From contig CAWCOX010000008.1 of NCBI GenBank assembly GCA_963797235.1, positions 229,114-293,113 on the forward strand: DNA of 64,000 nucleotides, read 5' to 3'. Positions 39,517-49,452 of this stretch are shown piece after piece. The notes beneath the pieces are model-generated. The model was not told the DNA's origin. It made no database searches and was given only the letters and a program-made list of their open reading frames with translations. Both the position numbers and the translations under genes were made by a program. The first letter of the stretch is position 1. Every line of letters begins with the position of its first letter. The stretch is from an uncultured delta proteobacterium. GTDB taxonomy: Bacteria; Desulfobacterota; Desulfobaccia; Desulfobaccales; 0-14-0-80-60-11.

Positions 39517-40302
39517 CTAAATAACCCCTCGCAGCCTGGCCCAGGCCAGGCCCAGATATTCGTGCAGGGCGACCTCGAACCGTTGCAGGCTGCCGCTGCC
39601 GGGAAAACAATCGCCGGGAGACCAGTGCGGCGCTGGCCGCACCAAATGGCCCACGGGCGCGGCCAGCGGCAGCAGTCCCTGTTTCTGGAACATGGCCATG
39701 GCCCGGGGTAAGTGAGAAGCTGAGGTCACCAGGAAAAATTTTTCCCGGCCTAACATGGGTCTAAGCAGGCGAGCCTGTTCCTCAGTGTCCAGTGAGGCAG
39801 ATTCCTGGATGATATCGGGCGGATTTACCCCCATGATCAGGGCAATACGGGACATGGTCTGGGATTCAGGGACCGGGTCGTCACCCCCGCCGCCGGACAG
39901 AATGAGTTTGCGGCCCGGCCCGGCTTTATAAAGTCTGACCCCTTCCAGGACGCGGTAGAGAGATTCGGTGCTAAGCTGGGAGGTCACCGGCAGGTTCGGG
40001 TCGGGGGTATGGCCCCCGCCCAGAACCACGATATACTTAAGGTCCCGGGCTGCTTTTGACCCGGCCTGGCCGGCGGCCGGATCAGCAACCGGCGGATACT
40101 GCCGTTCCAATGGCCTGAGCATTAGATCGGGGACGAAGGCATAACCGAAGATCAGCAGCAACCCGGCGCCGGCGCTCACCAGGATCTTCCCGGCCCTCTG
40201 CCTCCGGGTAAACCAGAGGAGAGCCAGACCGGCGAGAAGGAGTTCCAGACAGAGAGGCACGGGGAAAAAGAACAGGGGGATTATTTTTTTGAGGAGAAAC
40301 AT
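39517..40302 (-). CDS. elyC: ElyC/YdcF (DUF218) envelope biogenesis protein
   Basis: IVVLGGG, RVLEG, LILSGG, DTEEQA, LVTSASHLPRA, HEYLG. Confidence 0.75.
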   Translation of the reverse strand: MFLLKKIIPLFFFPVPLCLELLLAGLALLWFTRRQRAGKILVSAGAGLLLIFGYAFVPDLMLRPLERQYPPVADPAAGQAGSKAARDLKYIVVLGGGHTPDPNLPVTSQLSTESLYRVLEGVRLYKAGPGRKLILSGGGGDDPVPESQTMSRIALIMGVNPPDIIQESASLDTEEQARLLRPMLGREKFFLVTSASHLPRAMAMFQKQGLLPLAAPVGHLVRPAPHWSPGDCFPGSGSLQRFEVALHEYLGLAWARLRGVI

Positions 40303-40412
40303 ACGTCTTCACCTAAGATGCGCAACGAGACGGCAGGCTGAACGGCTCTGGCTCTTTTTCAGAAGCTTGAACTAAACGTTTAGGAATCTCAAGTGGTTCA
40401 CCGGTACGGATG

Positions 40413-40485
40413 AAAATCCCCCCTGCCCCCCTTTTTCAAAGGGGGGTTAGTCTCCCTTTGGAAAAGGGGGATTTAGGGGGATTTT
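40413..40485. repeat. Palindromic repeat family B
   Basis: AAAATCCCCCCTGCCCCCCTTTTTCAAAGGGGGG...AAAAGGGGGATTTAGGGGGATTTT. Confidence 0.8.
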
Positions 40486-40513
40486 GCTTTTCACGATAAA
40501 AGCTCGGACCTTT

Positions 40514-43500
40514 TTATAGACTTAAAGCCGGATAGCCCAGCAGACGGTTGACCTCCTCCAGCAGGTGGGTGGAAGGGGTCAGGCTCAGGTCCGGCGGCAA
40601 GGCCAGGACGGCTTCCTCGCCGGGGTGCAGGAAATTCAGGAAGGCCGGCACCGGTCCGGCATGCCGGCTGAGGATTTCTTTGAGCCGGACCAACTGCTCC
40701 CTGGTCACGGCTGCGGCCCGCAGACGCAGGTCCAGCCTGGCCGGCCAGGGGGGCAGGGCGGTCTCCAGGGGGGCGATTTCCTGGACCCGGAGCTTGGGGC
40801 CGTTTTCTTCCTGGATGACGTTGCCCTTCACCCACAGGGGCAGGCTTTCCCGGCGCAGCAAGGCTGCGGCCCTCTCATAGACATCCGAGAAGACCAGGGC
40901 CTCGATGCTGCCGGACAGATCCTCCATGGTGCAAATAGCCAACCGGCCGCCTCTTCTCCCGACCTTTTCCTTCAGGGCGGTGAGCACCACCCCCAGGGTC
41001 ACTTCCTGGCCGTCGGGGACCTCGGCCAGGTCGGCGGTGGTGGTTCTGACCCGGGTCTTGAGGAGGGTGCGGAAAGCGTCCAGGGGATGGCCGGAGAGGT
41101 AGACCCCCAAAGCCTCCTTTTCCCGGGCCAGTTTGACGGATTTTTCCCAGGGTTCCGCCTCCGGGAGCCAATCGTTGTCGTCTTTGGACTCGGCCAGGCC
41201 GCCGAACATGGACATCTGCTTAGTGGCCTGCTGCCGCTTCAGGTTCTGGGTCTTCTCCAGGGCCTCATCCAGACCGGCCATGAGGCGGGAGCGCCGTGGG
41301 TACACGGTGTCGAAGGCCCCGCCCTGAATCAACGACTCCAAAACCTTGCGGTTCACCTTGTTGAGACTGATGCGCTCCAGGAAATCCCGGAAGCTCTCAA
41401 AGCGGCCCGGACCCCGGGCCGCCAGGATCTCCTGGATGGCCCCCAGGCCGACGTTTTTGACCCCGGACAGGCCGTAGCGCACCTTGCCGTCTTCCACAGT
41501 AAAGTCCCGGTCGCTGCGGTTGACGTCCGGCGGCAGGAGCTCGATCCCCTGCTCCCGCGCCTCCATGATATGCCTGGCCAGGGCCGTGGTGTTGTTGATT
41601 TCGCTGTTGAGGACCGCGGCCAGAAACACCAGAGGATAGTGAGCCTTGAGAAAGGCGGTCTGATAGGCCACCAAGGCGTAAGCCGCGCTGTGGGACTTAT
41701 TGAAGCCGTAGCCGGCGAATTTTTCGATCAGGTTAAACAATTCCGTGCCCCTGGCCTTGGCTACCCCCAGTTCCACGGCTCCGGAGACGAAGCGGTTTCG
41801 TTGGGCGGCCATGACCACCGGGTCCTTTTTGCCCATGGCCCGGCGCAGGAGATCCGCCTCCGCGAGGGAGAAGCCCGATACCGCCGCGGCGATCTGCATC
41901 ACCTGCTCCTGATAGAGGATGACCCCGTAGGTCTCTCTCAGAATGGGCTCCATCTGGGGCAGGAAATACTCTACTTTGGCCTCGCCATGCTTACGCTTCA
42001 CATAATCGTCGTGCATGCCGGTTTCCATGGGCCCGGGCCGGTAGAGGGCCACCAGGGCGATGATGTCCTCAAAGACCGTGGGCTTTAAGCGCACCATCAG
42101 GGCCCGCATGCCGTTGCTTTCCAGCTGGAAGACCCCGGCGGTGTTGGCGGCCTGGAGCAGCTGGAAGACCGCGGCATCGTCCAGGGGAATGGTGTGGATG
42201 TCGAAGTCGGCCTGCTGGCTCTTTCTGATCAGCCGCACCGCTTTGTCGATGATCGTCAGGGTGCGCAGGCCCAGGAAGTCGAACTTCACCAGGCCCACCT
42301 TCTCCACCCCTTTCATGTCGAACTGGGTGACCATCTCGCCCTTGTTGCCCTTGTAGAGCGGCAGGTACTCGATCAAGGGCCGGTCGGCGATAACCACCGC
42401 CGAGGCGTGGGTGGAGGCGTGCCGGGGCAGCCCTTCCAGGACCGCGGCGATGGCCAGAACCTCTCGGACCGCGGGGTTGCTGTCTCGCAGCTCCCGGAGG
42501 CGCGGCTCCATCTCCAGGGACTGCTCCAGGGTGATGTTCAGTTTCTCCGGCACCAGTTTGGCGATCTTGTCCACTTCCGGGTAAGGCACTTCCAGGGCCC
42601 GGCCCACGTCGCGGATCACCTGGCGGGTTTTCATGCTGCCGAAGGTGGTGATCTGGGCCACGTTTTGCCGACCGTAGGTCTTGGAGACGTAATCGATGAT
42701 TTCGCCCCGACGCTCGTAACAGAAGTCCACGTCGATATCCGGCGGGCTCACCCGCTCCGGATTGAGGAAGCGCTCGAAGAAGAGGCCGTAGGCCAGGGGG
42801 TCCAGCTCGGTGATCCCCAAGGCATAGGCCACCAGGCTGCCGGCGGCGGAGCCCCGGCCCGGACCCACGGGGATCCGGTGCCGCTTGGCATAATTGATGA
42901 TATCGGCCACCACCAGGAAATAGCCGGCAAAGCCCATCTTCACCAGGATGCCGATCTCGAATTCCAGGCGCTGCCAGTAGGCCTCCGTCGCCGGCCGGGG
43001 GTGGGAGGCAGAGACCGCCAGACGGGCCGTGAGCCCCTCCCGGGCCATGCTGGCCATGAGTTCTGCCATGCTCTGGCCCTGGGCCTGGGGGTAAACCGGG
43101 AAGCGGTAGGTGCCCAGGTCCAGGCTGACGTCGCAGCGGGCCGCGATCTCGGCGGTGGCGGCCAGGGCCGCCGGGTGCGGGATGGACCGGGCCATTTCCT
43201 CCGGGCTTTTGAAATAGAGCTGGTCGGTCTGGAACTTCATGCGGCCGGCGCTGTTGATCGTCCGGCCCGTCTGGATGCAGAGCAGGGCATCCTGGGCCCG
43301 GGCGTCTTCGGGCTTGAGGTAGTGCACGTCATTGGTGGCCACCAGGGGAATCCCCCAGCGGGGCGCCAGCTCGAACAGGGCCTCATTGACCTTGTGCTGC
43401 TCGGGCAATTCGTTGGCCTGGACTTCCAGGTAGAAGCGCCCCGGGAAAATCTCGGCATATTCCCGGGCCGCAGCCTCGGCCCCCTGGGGGTCGTCGTTGG

Positions 43501-43942
43501 TGAGGCGCTGGGCCACCTTGCCGTGGAGGCAGGCGGACAGGGCAATGAGGCCGCCGTTCAGCTCCTGCAAGAGCTCCTGGTCCACCCGGGGGCGGTAGTA
43601 GAAGCCCTCCAGATGCCCCTGGGTGACCAATCGGATAAGATTCTGATAGCCCTCATTATTTTCCGCCAGCAGCACCAGGTGGTTGTGGTCCCCCTTGCCC
43701 TTGCGGTCATGGCGGGACCCCTTGGCCACATAGACCTCGCAGCCTAAAATGGGCTTGATGCCGGCGGCCTTGGCTTTCTGGTAGAAATCCAGGACCCCGA
43801 AGAGCGAACCGTGGTCGGTGATGGCCACCGCTGGCATTGCAAAGGCCGCGGCCTGGACCAGCAGGTCCTTGATGCGCACCGCCCCATCCAGCAGACTGTA
43901 GGCGGTATGGACATGAAGATGGACGAACTGCGACTCGGACAT
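40514..43942 (-). CDS. dnaE: DNA polymerase III alpha subunit
   Basis: HLHVHTAYSLLDG, GPGRGSAAGS, PDIDVDF, KFDFLGL, YGFNKSH. Confidence 0.97.
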   Translation of the reverse strand: MSESQFVHLHVHTAYSLLDGAVRIKDLLVQAAAFAMPAVAITDHGSLFGVLDFYQKAKAAGIKPILGCEVYVAKGSRHDRKGKGDHNHLVLLAENNEGYQNLIRLVTQGHLEGFYYRPRVDQELLQELNGGLIALSACLHGKVAQRLTNDDPQGAEAAAREYAEIFPGRFYLEVQANELPEQHKVNEALFELAPRWGIPLVATNDVHYLKPEDARAQDALLCIQTGRTINSAGRMKFQTDQLYFKSPEEMARSIPHPAALAATAEIAARCDVSLDLGTYRFPVYPQAQGQSMAELMASMAREGLTARLAVSASHPRPATEAYWQRLEFEIGILVKMGFAGYFLVVADIINYAKRHRIPVGPGRGSAAGSLVAYALGITELDPLAYGLFFERFLNPERVSPPDIDVDFCYERRGEIIDYVSKTYGRQNVAQITTFGSMKTRQVIRDVGRALEVPYPEVDKIAKLVPEKLNITLEQSLEMEPRLRELRDSNPAVREVLAIAAVLEGLPRHASTHASAVVIADRPLIEYLPLYKGNKGEMVTQFDMKGVEKVGLVKFDFLGLRTLTIIDKAVRLIRKSQQADFDIHTIPLDDAAVFQLLQAANTAGVFQLESNGMRALMVRLKPTVFEDIIALVALYRPGPMETGMHDDYVKRKHGEAKVEYFLPQMEPILRETYGVILYQEQVMQIAAAVSGFSLAEADLLRRAMGKKDPVVMAAQRNRFVSGAVELGVAKARGTELFNLIEKFAGYGFNKSHSAAYALVAYQTAFLKAHYPLVFLAAVLNSEINNTTALARHIMEAREQGIELLPPDVNRSDRDFTVEDGKVRYGLSGVKNVGLGAIQEILAARGPGRFESFRDFLERISLNKVNRKVLESLIQGGAFDTVYPRRSRLMAGLDEALEKTQNLKRQQATKQMSMFGGLAESKDDNDWLPEAEPWEKSVKLAREKEALGVYLSGHPLDAFRTLLKTRVRTTTADLAEVPDGQEVTLGVVLTALKEKVGRRGGRLAICTMEDLSGSIEALVFSDVYERAAALLRRESLPLWVKGNVIQEENGPKLRVQEIAPLETALPPWPARLDLRLRAAAVTREQLVRLKEILSRHAGPVPAFLNFLHPGEEAVLALPPDLSLTPSTHLLEEVNRLLGYPALSL

Positions 43943-44232
43943 GGTCACCCTTTTGGGAAGTGGTCAGTGGTCAGTTGCCAGTAGCCAGTAAAACTCGGGT
44001 ATTAAAGTTAACTGAATAGAATTATAGCAAAAGTATGCAGAAAAGGAAGGTTGCCGCGGTTTGTCAGGCCATCTTCGGCGCCTACCATTCTTGGGTTGGA
44101 GAGCCGAGGATATATTACCTCGAATGGCCGGGCGGAGGCAAGGGGGAAGTGGGGTAAGGCTTGGTTCTTATGTCGAACTTGGAAACCGGGATGAAGTAAG
44201 GGCGAACACGCAGGTCCGCCCCTACCAAAAGT

Positions 44233-45489
44233 CTACTGCGCCTGGGCCGCGCTTTGCTCCAGGCGCTCCACTTCCAGGGCCATGGCCACCTGCTTGGCCA
44301 GGGATTCCAGGAGGCGCAGGCGTAACTGTTCCGGCAACAGCCATTGTTCGGATTGCGGGTCCTTGGGCCGCAGGGCCAGCACTCCCAGGACGCCGCTGGC
44401 CGCCTGGAGAGGGGCATAGAGAATGGGGGAGTCCGGGTGTTTTTGGGTCTCCCAGCCCGCCATCTGCCCGTTTTCAAAGGCCGAGCGGGCCACCCCCATC
44501 TCTTTCAGGATATCCTGGTGGAACACCGTGGACAAATCTCCGGCGGCCGCCTTCAATTTGCCCTGGTCGTCGGGCAACAGGGCCACCACCTGGCACTCGA
44601 AGATTCGGGAAATCTGGTGCACGGCGGCTTGCAGGATGTTGGCGACCCCGCGGGTGGCGGCGAGCTGACGGCTCAAGGCCAGCATGGCCGCGGTCTGGCG
44701 CTCCTGTAGACGGGCGGCCTCGGCCTGGCGCCGGATCAGGCCGGCCAGATGGCTGATGGCCACGGCAATGATGAACATCACCACAAAGGTGACAATATAT
44801 TTGGCCTCGTCCACGGTAAAGGTCCATCGGGGCGGCACAAAACAGAAATCGAAGGCCAGCACGCTTAAAAGAGAATTGAGGAGGGCCGGCCCCCGACCGC
44901 AATGAATCGCGGTGACCGTCACCGCCAGCAGATACACCATGATGAGGTTGGGCAGGTCGAAGAAGGGATACATCAAAAAACAGAGGCCGGTGGCCAGGAT
45001 GAAATATAGCAAGCCTGTTTCATAGCCCGGCAGGTGCACGGCCTTCGGCGCGGCGGCGGCCTCTCCCGGTTCGGCCGGCTCCCCGGTGACGACCCGGACC
45101 TCGATCTCGCCGCTCCGGCGCACCAGCTCATCCACGGGACTTCTGGCCAGCCAGTCTTGCCAGCGGGGACGGGGAACCGGCTTGCCGATGAGAATCATGC
45201 TGACCTGCCGCTGCCGGGCGAAGTTGACGACCTCGGCGGCGATATCCTGCCCCCGCAGGGTGATGGCCTCGCCGCCCAATTGCTCCGCCAGCCGCAGGTT
45301 CTGGACGGCGTGCAGGCGCTCCGCCTCCGGCAGCCGCAGCATTTGGGGGCTCTCGACATAGACCGCAAACCATTCGGCCTGCAAGCGGGCGGCCATTTTC
45401 CGGGCGGCCCGGATCAGGCCGGCGGAGGAAAGACTCGGCCCCACGCAGACCAGGAGCCTTTCCGTCTGAGGCATTGAACCTTCTGTCAT
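44233..45489 (-). CDS. KdpD central module only (Usp, 4-TM DUF4118, GAF), no kinase domain
   Basis: ERLLVCVGPS, NLRLAEQLGG, NLIMVYLLAV, SVLAFDFCFVPP, GAF ending LESLAKQVAMALE; stops before the H-box. Confidence 0.85.
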   Translation of the reverse strand: MTEGSMPQTERLLVCVGPSLSSAGLIRAARKMAARLQAEWFAVYVESPQMLRLPEAERLHAVQNLRLAEQLGGEAITLRGQDIAAEVVNFARQRQVSMILIGKPVPRPRWQDWLARSPVDELVRRSGEIEVRVVTGEPAEPGEAAAAPKAVHLPGYETGLLYFILATGLCFLMYPFFDLPNLIMVYLLAVTVTAIHCGRGPALLNSLLSVLAFDFCFVPPRWTFTVDEAKYIVTFVVMFIIAVAISHLAGLIRRQAEAARLQERQTAAMLALSRQLAATRGVANILQAAVHQISRIFECQVVALLPDDQGKLKAAAGDLSTVFHQDILKEMGVARSAFENGQMAGWETQKHPDSPILYAPLQAASGVLGVLALRPKDPQSEQWLLPEQLRLRLLESLAKQVAMALEVERLEQSAAQAQ

Positions 45490-45708
45490 CGCAGTCTCCC
45501 TTGGGTTTAGTCTCTTGTCTGATTATGAAAGATACATGCCAAAAGGGCTAAGAGTGGAAGATTTCTTCGATCGGCCGAAAAATTTACTTAACCCACTTTA
45601 TCCTGAACTTCGGAGATAGACAAATTTTTGAAAAATGACCTATACTCAATATATGTGCCGTGGCCGAAAAATCAACGTAATGCTGCCCAAGGGAGCCGCC
45701 GAGGCGAG

Positions 45709-47049
45709 ATGATGCCCAGTCTGGCCATTCTGGTGGTGGATGATGAGCCCAACATCCGCAAGACCCTGACCATTTCCCTGGAAGCCGAAGGTCATCGGGT
45801 CACTGCGGTGAGCAACTTTCAAGACGCGCTGGCCGAGGCCGGCCGCCGGTTTTTCGACGTGGCCCTGGTGGACCTGCGCCTGGGTACGGCCTCGGGACTG
45901 GAATTGATCCCGAAGCTCAGCACCCTCTGCCCCTGGCTCAAGATCGCGGTGATCACCGCCTACGCCTCCATCGACACGGCCGTAGAGGCCATGCGCCGGG
46001 GCGCCTTCGATTACCTGCCTAAACCCTTCACCCATGACCAGGTGGCGCTGTTGATGCAAAAAGTGGCGGAAGTGCGGGACCTGGAACAGAAAGTGGCCGT
46101 CTTGCAGGAAACCCTTCACGAGGCCCTGCCGGAGTCGGACCTGACCAGCCGCAGCCCGGCCATGCAACGGACCCTGGCCCTGGCCCGGAAGGTGGCGGAC
46201 AGCGACGCCACCCTGCTGATTCGCGGCGAAAGCGGCACCGGCAAGACCATCCTGGCCCGGGCCATCCATACCTGGAGTCGCCGGGCCGCCCGGGGTTTTG
46301 GAGTAGTCTCCTGCCCGTCGCTGTCGGCCGATCTGCTGGAGAGCGAACTCTTCGGCCACGTCAAGGGCGCCTTCACCGGGGCGCTGCGCGACCACCCGGG
46401 GCGCCTCGCCGCCTGCGAGGGCGGCACGCTTTTCCTGGATGAAATCGGTGACTTACCCCTGGCCTTGCAACCCAAACTGCTGCGGGTGCTCCAGGAGAAG
46501 GAGTACGAGCGCGTCGGCGATCTGGTCACCCGCAAGGCCGACGTCCGCATCATTACCGCCACCAGCGTGGACCTGGAGGCGGCCGTCCGGGCCGGGCGTT
46601 TCCGCGAGGACCTGTTCTACCGCCTCAATGTAATGGAGATTATCGTGCCGCCGCTGCGGGAACGCCGGGAAGATATCCAGCCCCTGGCCGAACGCCTCCT
46701 GGCCTTTTTCGCCCGGCAAAACCACCGCAAGATGTTGGGGTTCACCACTGAGGCCCGGGATGCCCTGGTGATTTACGCCTGGCCCGGCAATGTCCGGGAA
46801 CTGCGCAACGCCGTCGAGCGCGCCGTGCTGCTCAGCAACGATGACCAGATCGGCCAGGAGCACCTGCCCCTGAAACTCACGCCCCCGCTGACGGAGCTCC
46901 GGGTGGGCGACCTGGTATCCCTCGAGAAGATCGAAGAGCGGCATATCCGGCAGGTGCTGGCCGCCACCAAGTCTTTCGACGAGGCGGCCAGGGTCTTGGG
47001 GTTGGACCCCGTCACCCTGTGGCGCCGGCGGAAGAAATACGGCATCTAG
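45709..47049 (+). CDS. Sigma54-dependent response regulator (NtrC/AlgB-like)
   Basis: ILVVDDE, DLRL, GESGTGKT, ESELFGHVKGAFTGA, LFLDEIG, WPGNVREL, Fis-type HTH. Confidence 0.94.
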   Translation: MMPSLAILVVDDEPNIRKTLTISLEAEGHRVTAVSNFQDALAEAGRRFFDVALVDLRLGTASGLELIPKLSTLCPWLKIAVITAYASIDTAVEAMRRGAFDYLPKPFTHDQVALLMQKVAEVRDLEQKVAVLQETLHEALPESDLTSRSPAMQRTLALARKVADSDATLLIRGESGTGKTILARAIHTWSRRAARGFGVVSCPSLSADLLESELFGHVKGAFTGALRDHPGRLAACEGGTLFLDEIGDLPLALQPKLLRVLQEKEYERVGDLVTRKADVRIITATSVDLEAAVRAGRFREDLFYRLNVMEIIVPPLRERREDIQPLAERLLAFFARQNHRKMLGFTTEARDALVIYAWPGNVRELRNAVERAVLLSNDDQIGQEHLPLKLTPPLTELRVGDLVSLEKIEERHIRQVLAATKSFDEAARVLGLDPVTLWRRRKKYGI

Positions 47050-47163
47050 GCCCACCCAAATAAATCTCCCGCCAAGACGCAAAGGTGCAAAGAAAGGCGC
47101 CAGAAGATAATTTGGGCGGCCCGTGGCCGCCTTAAGTTTGTCGGGGTTTGTGCCCCCTTTAGG

Positions 47164-47240
47164 TTGCATAATTATGGTATAAGGCCAGTCAGCTCTTGCA
47201 TTTTGCAATCCGCCCGGCGGCCTCTCCTTGCATTCTGCAA
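47164..47240 (+). promoter_or_regulatory. Putative enhancer (UAS) sites
   Basis: TTGCATTTTGCAA (47196-47208), TTGCATTCTGCAA (47228-47240) and half-site TTGCA at 47164; 32-bp spacing. Confidence 0.65.
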
Positions 47241-47286
47241 ACCCCGGCTATTCCAGAAAATCCTCTCTGACCAAATAAAATCAGCA

Positions 47287-47299
47287 AATCAAGCCATTA
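47287..47299 (+). promoter_or_regulatory. IHF binding site
   Basis: AATCAAGCCATTA matches WATCAANNNNTTR and lies between the UAS and -24/-12. Confidence 0.6.
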
Positions 47300-47314
47300 G
47301 CCTACCTTGTCATT

Positions 47315-47330
47315 CGGCACGGCGATTGCT
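47315..47330 (+). promoter_or_regulatory. Sigma54 -24/-12 promoter
   Basis: CGGCACGGCGATTGCT. Confidence 0.78.
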
Positions 47331-47355
47331 ATCTGTTTTACCAGGAGAAGTTTTC

Positions 47356-49197
47356 ATGAGCATCAAGACCAAGCTGGTCTTGGCCTTCGGCGGCCTCATC
47401 GTCATCCTGGTGGTAGTCAGCCTCGTGACCTTCCACACTCTCAATGAGTCCAGCAAGGCCATTGACCGGATCATGCGGGAGAACTACCACAGCGTGGCGG
47501 CCTGCTACACGATGAAGGACGAAATCGAACGGCTCGATCACCTGGCCGAGGTCTTCCTTTGGGAGAAATTGCCCGGCTCCAGCCGCCAGAATGAAGCAAC
47601 GATTCATGATTTTGAGCAGAATCTCAAATTCCAGCAAGGGAATGTGACCCTCTCCGGGGAGAAGGGACTGACGGATAAGCTCGCGGCCCAATGGCAGGTC
47701 TATCGTCAGGGCCTGCAAGACTATTATCAATTATCTGACCTGGGGGTCTCGCCGCGCGACTACTACCGTCAGACGCTGCTGCCCCGTTCCCAGGCGGTCC
47801 GGGATACGGCCCAAAAAATCCTGGAACTGAATTTAAACAACATGGTGGCCGCGGACGGCCAGGCGCACCTCAAGGCTGTGCAAACCAGGAACGCCATGTT
47901 GTTCCTACTGTCGCTCGGCATTGCTCTATCGGTGGGGGTCATCGCGGTCGTGGGGCCAAAAATCCTGAAGCCCATCGCCAGCCTGAGGCGGTCGGTGAGC
48001 GAAATTCAAAAGGGGAATCTGGACCTGGTGGTCAATGTGCCCTCCCGGGACGAGATTGGCCAACTGGCAGAGGCCTTTAATGAAATGGCCGCCAGCCTGC
48101 GGGAGTTCCGGCGCAGCGACCGGGCCCAACTGCTGCGCACCCAGCAATCGACCCTGCTGGCCCTGAACAGCCTGCCCGACGCCGTGGTGATCTGTGATCC
48201 CAACGGCCAGATCGAGCTGGCCAATGAGGCCGCCCAAAACCTGTTCGGTTTGCAGCCGCAAGCCGCCATCGCCGAGGCCGGCTTTGAGAAGCTCAACCAG
48301 TTGTTTTTGCAGGTTTATCAGGCGGAACGGCCGATCCATCCCAAGAGTTATGATGCCGCCATTCAGGTCTTTATCGGAGAAAAGGAGCGTTTCTTCCTGC
48401 CGCAAGGGGTGCCCATCTTCGATGAGCAACGCCGCCTGGTGGGGGTGACCCTGATGCTGGCGGACGTCACCCGTCTGCGCCGCCTGGATGAGGTAAAAAC
48501 CGGCTTGATCTCCACGGTCTCCCACGAGTTAAAAACGCCCCTGACCTCGGTGCGCCTGGCGATTCATATACTGCTGAGCGAAAAGATCGGTTCCTTGTCC
48601 GACAAGCAGTCGGAGGTCCTGGAAGCGGCGCGGGAGGATAGCGACCGGCTGTACCGGGTGATTGAAGATCTGCTGGATATCAGCCGCATCGAGTCGGGCA
48701 GGGCCGGGATTCGCCTTAAATCCATGAATCCCGAAGACCTGGTGTTGCAGGCGACCGATAAGATGAGAGCGGCCTTCGTGGATCATGGCATCAATCTGAA
48801 CATCGAGGTGCCCGGGGACGTGCCGCCGGTGCTGGCCGATCCGGGACGGATTCCCCTGGTGTTCGACAACTTGCTCAGCAATGCCCTGAAATACACGCCC
48901 ATCGGCGGCCAGGTCAGAGTTACGGCCCGACGGGAAGACGGTCTGGTACGCTTCGCGGTGGAGGATACCGGCATCGGCATCGAGCCGCAGTATCTCACCC
49001 GGGTCTTTGAGAAGTTCTTCCGGGTGCCGGGGCAGGAACATATCGACTCGGGACTGGGGCTGACCATCGCCAAGGAGATCGTGGAGGCCCACGGCGGCAG
49101 CATCGAGGCCGCCAGCCAGGTGGGCAAAGGCGCCAAGTTTTCTTTTACGTTGCAGGCGGCGCCGGAACCCGGCGCCCAGAGTCAGACCGGCGCCTAA
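47356..49197 (+). CDS. Membrane sensor histidine kinase (4-helix sensor, HAMP, PAS, HisKA, HATPase; KinB-like)
   Basis: Two TMs, DEIGQLAEAFNEM, SHELKTPL, NLLSNALKY, DTGIGI, GLGL. Confidence 0.92.
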   Translation: MSIKTKLVLAFGGLIVILVVVSLVTFHTLNESSKAIDRIMRENYHSVAACYTMKDEIERLDHLAEVFLWEKLPGSSRQNEATIHDFEQNLKFQQGNVTLSGEKGLTDKLAAQWQVYRQGLQDYYQLSDLGVSPRDYYRQTLLPRSQAVRDTAQKILELNLNNMVAADGQAHLKAVQTRNAMLFLLSLGIALSVGVIAVVGPKILKPIASLRRSVSEIQKGNLDLVVNVPSRDEIGQLAEAFNEMAASLREFRRSDRAQLLRTQQSTLLALNSLPDAVVICDPNGQIELANEAAQNLFGLQPQAAIAEAGFEKLNQLFLQVYQAERPIHPKSYDAAIQVFIGEKERFFLPQGVPIFDEQRRLVGVTLMLADVTRLRRLDEVKTGLISTVSHELKTPLTSVRLAIHILLSEKIGSLSDKQSEVLEAAREDSDRLYRVIEDLLDISRIESGRAGIRLKSMNPEDLVLQATDKMRAAFVDHGINLNIEVPGDVPPVLADPGRIPLVFDNLLSNALKYTPIGGQVRVTARREDGLVRFAVEDTGIGIEPQYLTRVFEKFFRVPGQEHIDSGLGLTIAKEIVEAHGGSIEAASQVGKGAKFSFTLQAAPEPGAQSQTGA

Positions 49198-49268
49198 AAA
49201 CCTTTTTTGGAGGACGGGTTTTAAACCCGGCCTGCCTAAAATGTCCATGTAAAGGAGCTGCTTAATTT

Positions 49269-49367
49269 ATGGATATCGTTTGGATCATCATCCCCTTGAT
49301 TTTCTTTGCCATCTGCCTGGTCTATGTCGGCTTTCTGGCCAAGGAGGGCAAGACATGGAAAACTTGA
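49269..49367 (+). CDS. 32-aa hydrophobic peptide upstream of kdpF
   Basis: MDIVWIIIPLIFFAICLVYVGFLAKEGKTWKT; AAGGAG upstream; overlaps the kdpF start. Confidence 0.55.
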   Translation: MDIVWIIIPLIFFAICLVYVGFLAKEGKTWKT

Positions 49368-49438
49368 TCGTCGGCCTGGTGGCTGCGGGTCTGATTATTT
49401 ACCTTTTCGTGGTGCTGTTGCGACCCCACAAGTTTTAA
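49355..49438 (+). CDS. kdpF: K+-transporting ATPase subunit F
   Basis: MENLIVGLVAAGLIIYLFVVLLRPHKF (YL...LRPxKF); AAGGAGG RBS; immediately before kdpA. Confidence 0.85.
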   Translation: MENLIVGLVAAGLIIYLFVVLLRPHKF

Positions 49439-49452
49439 CGGGAGAACCCTGA

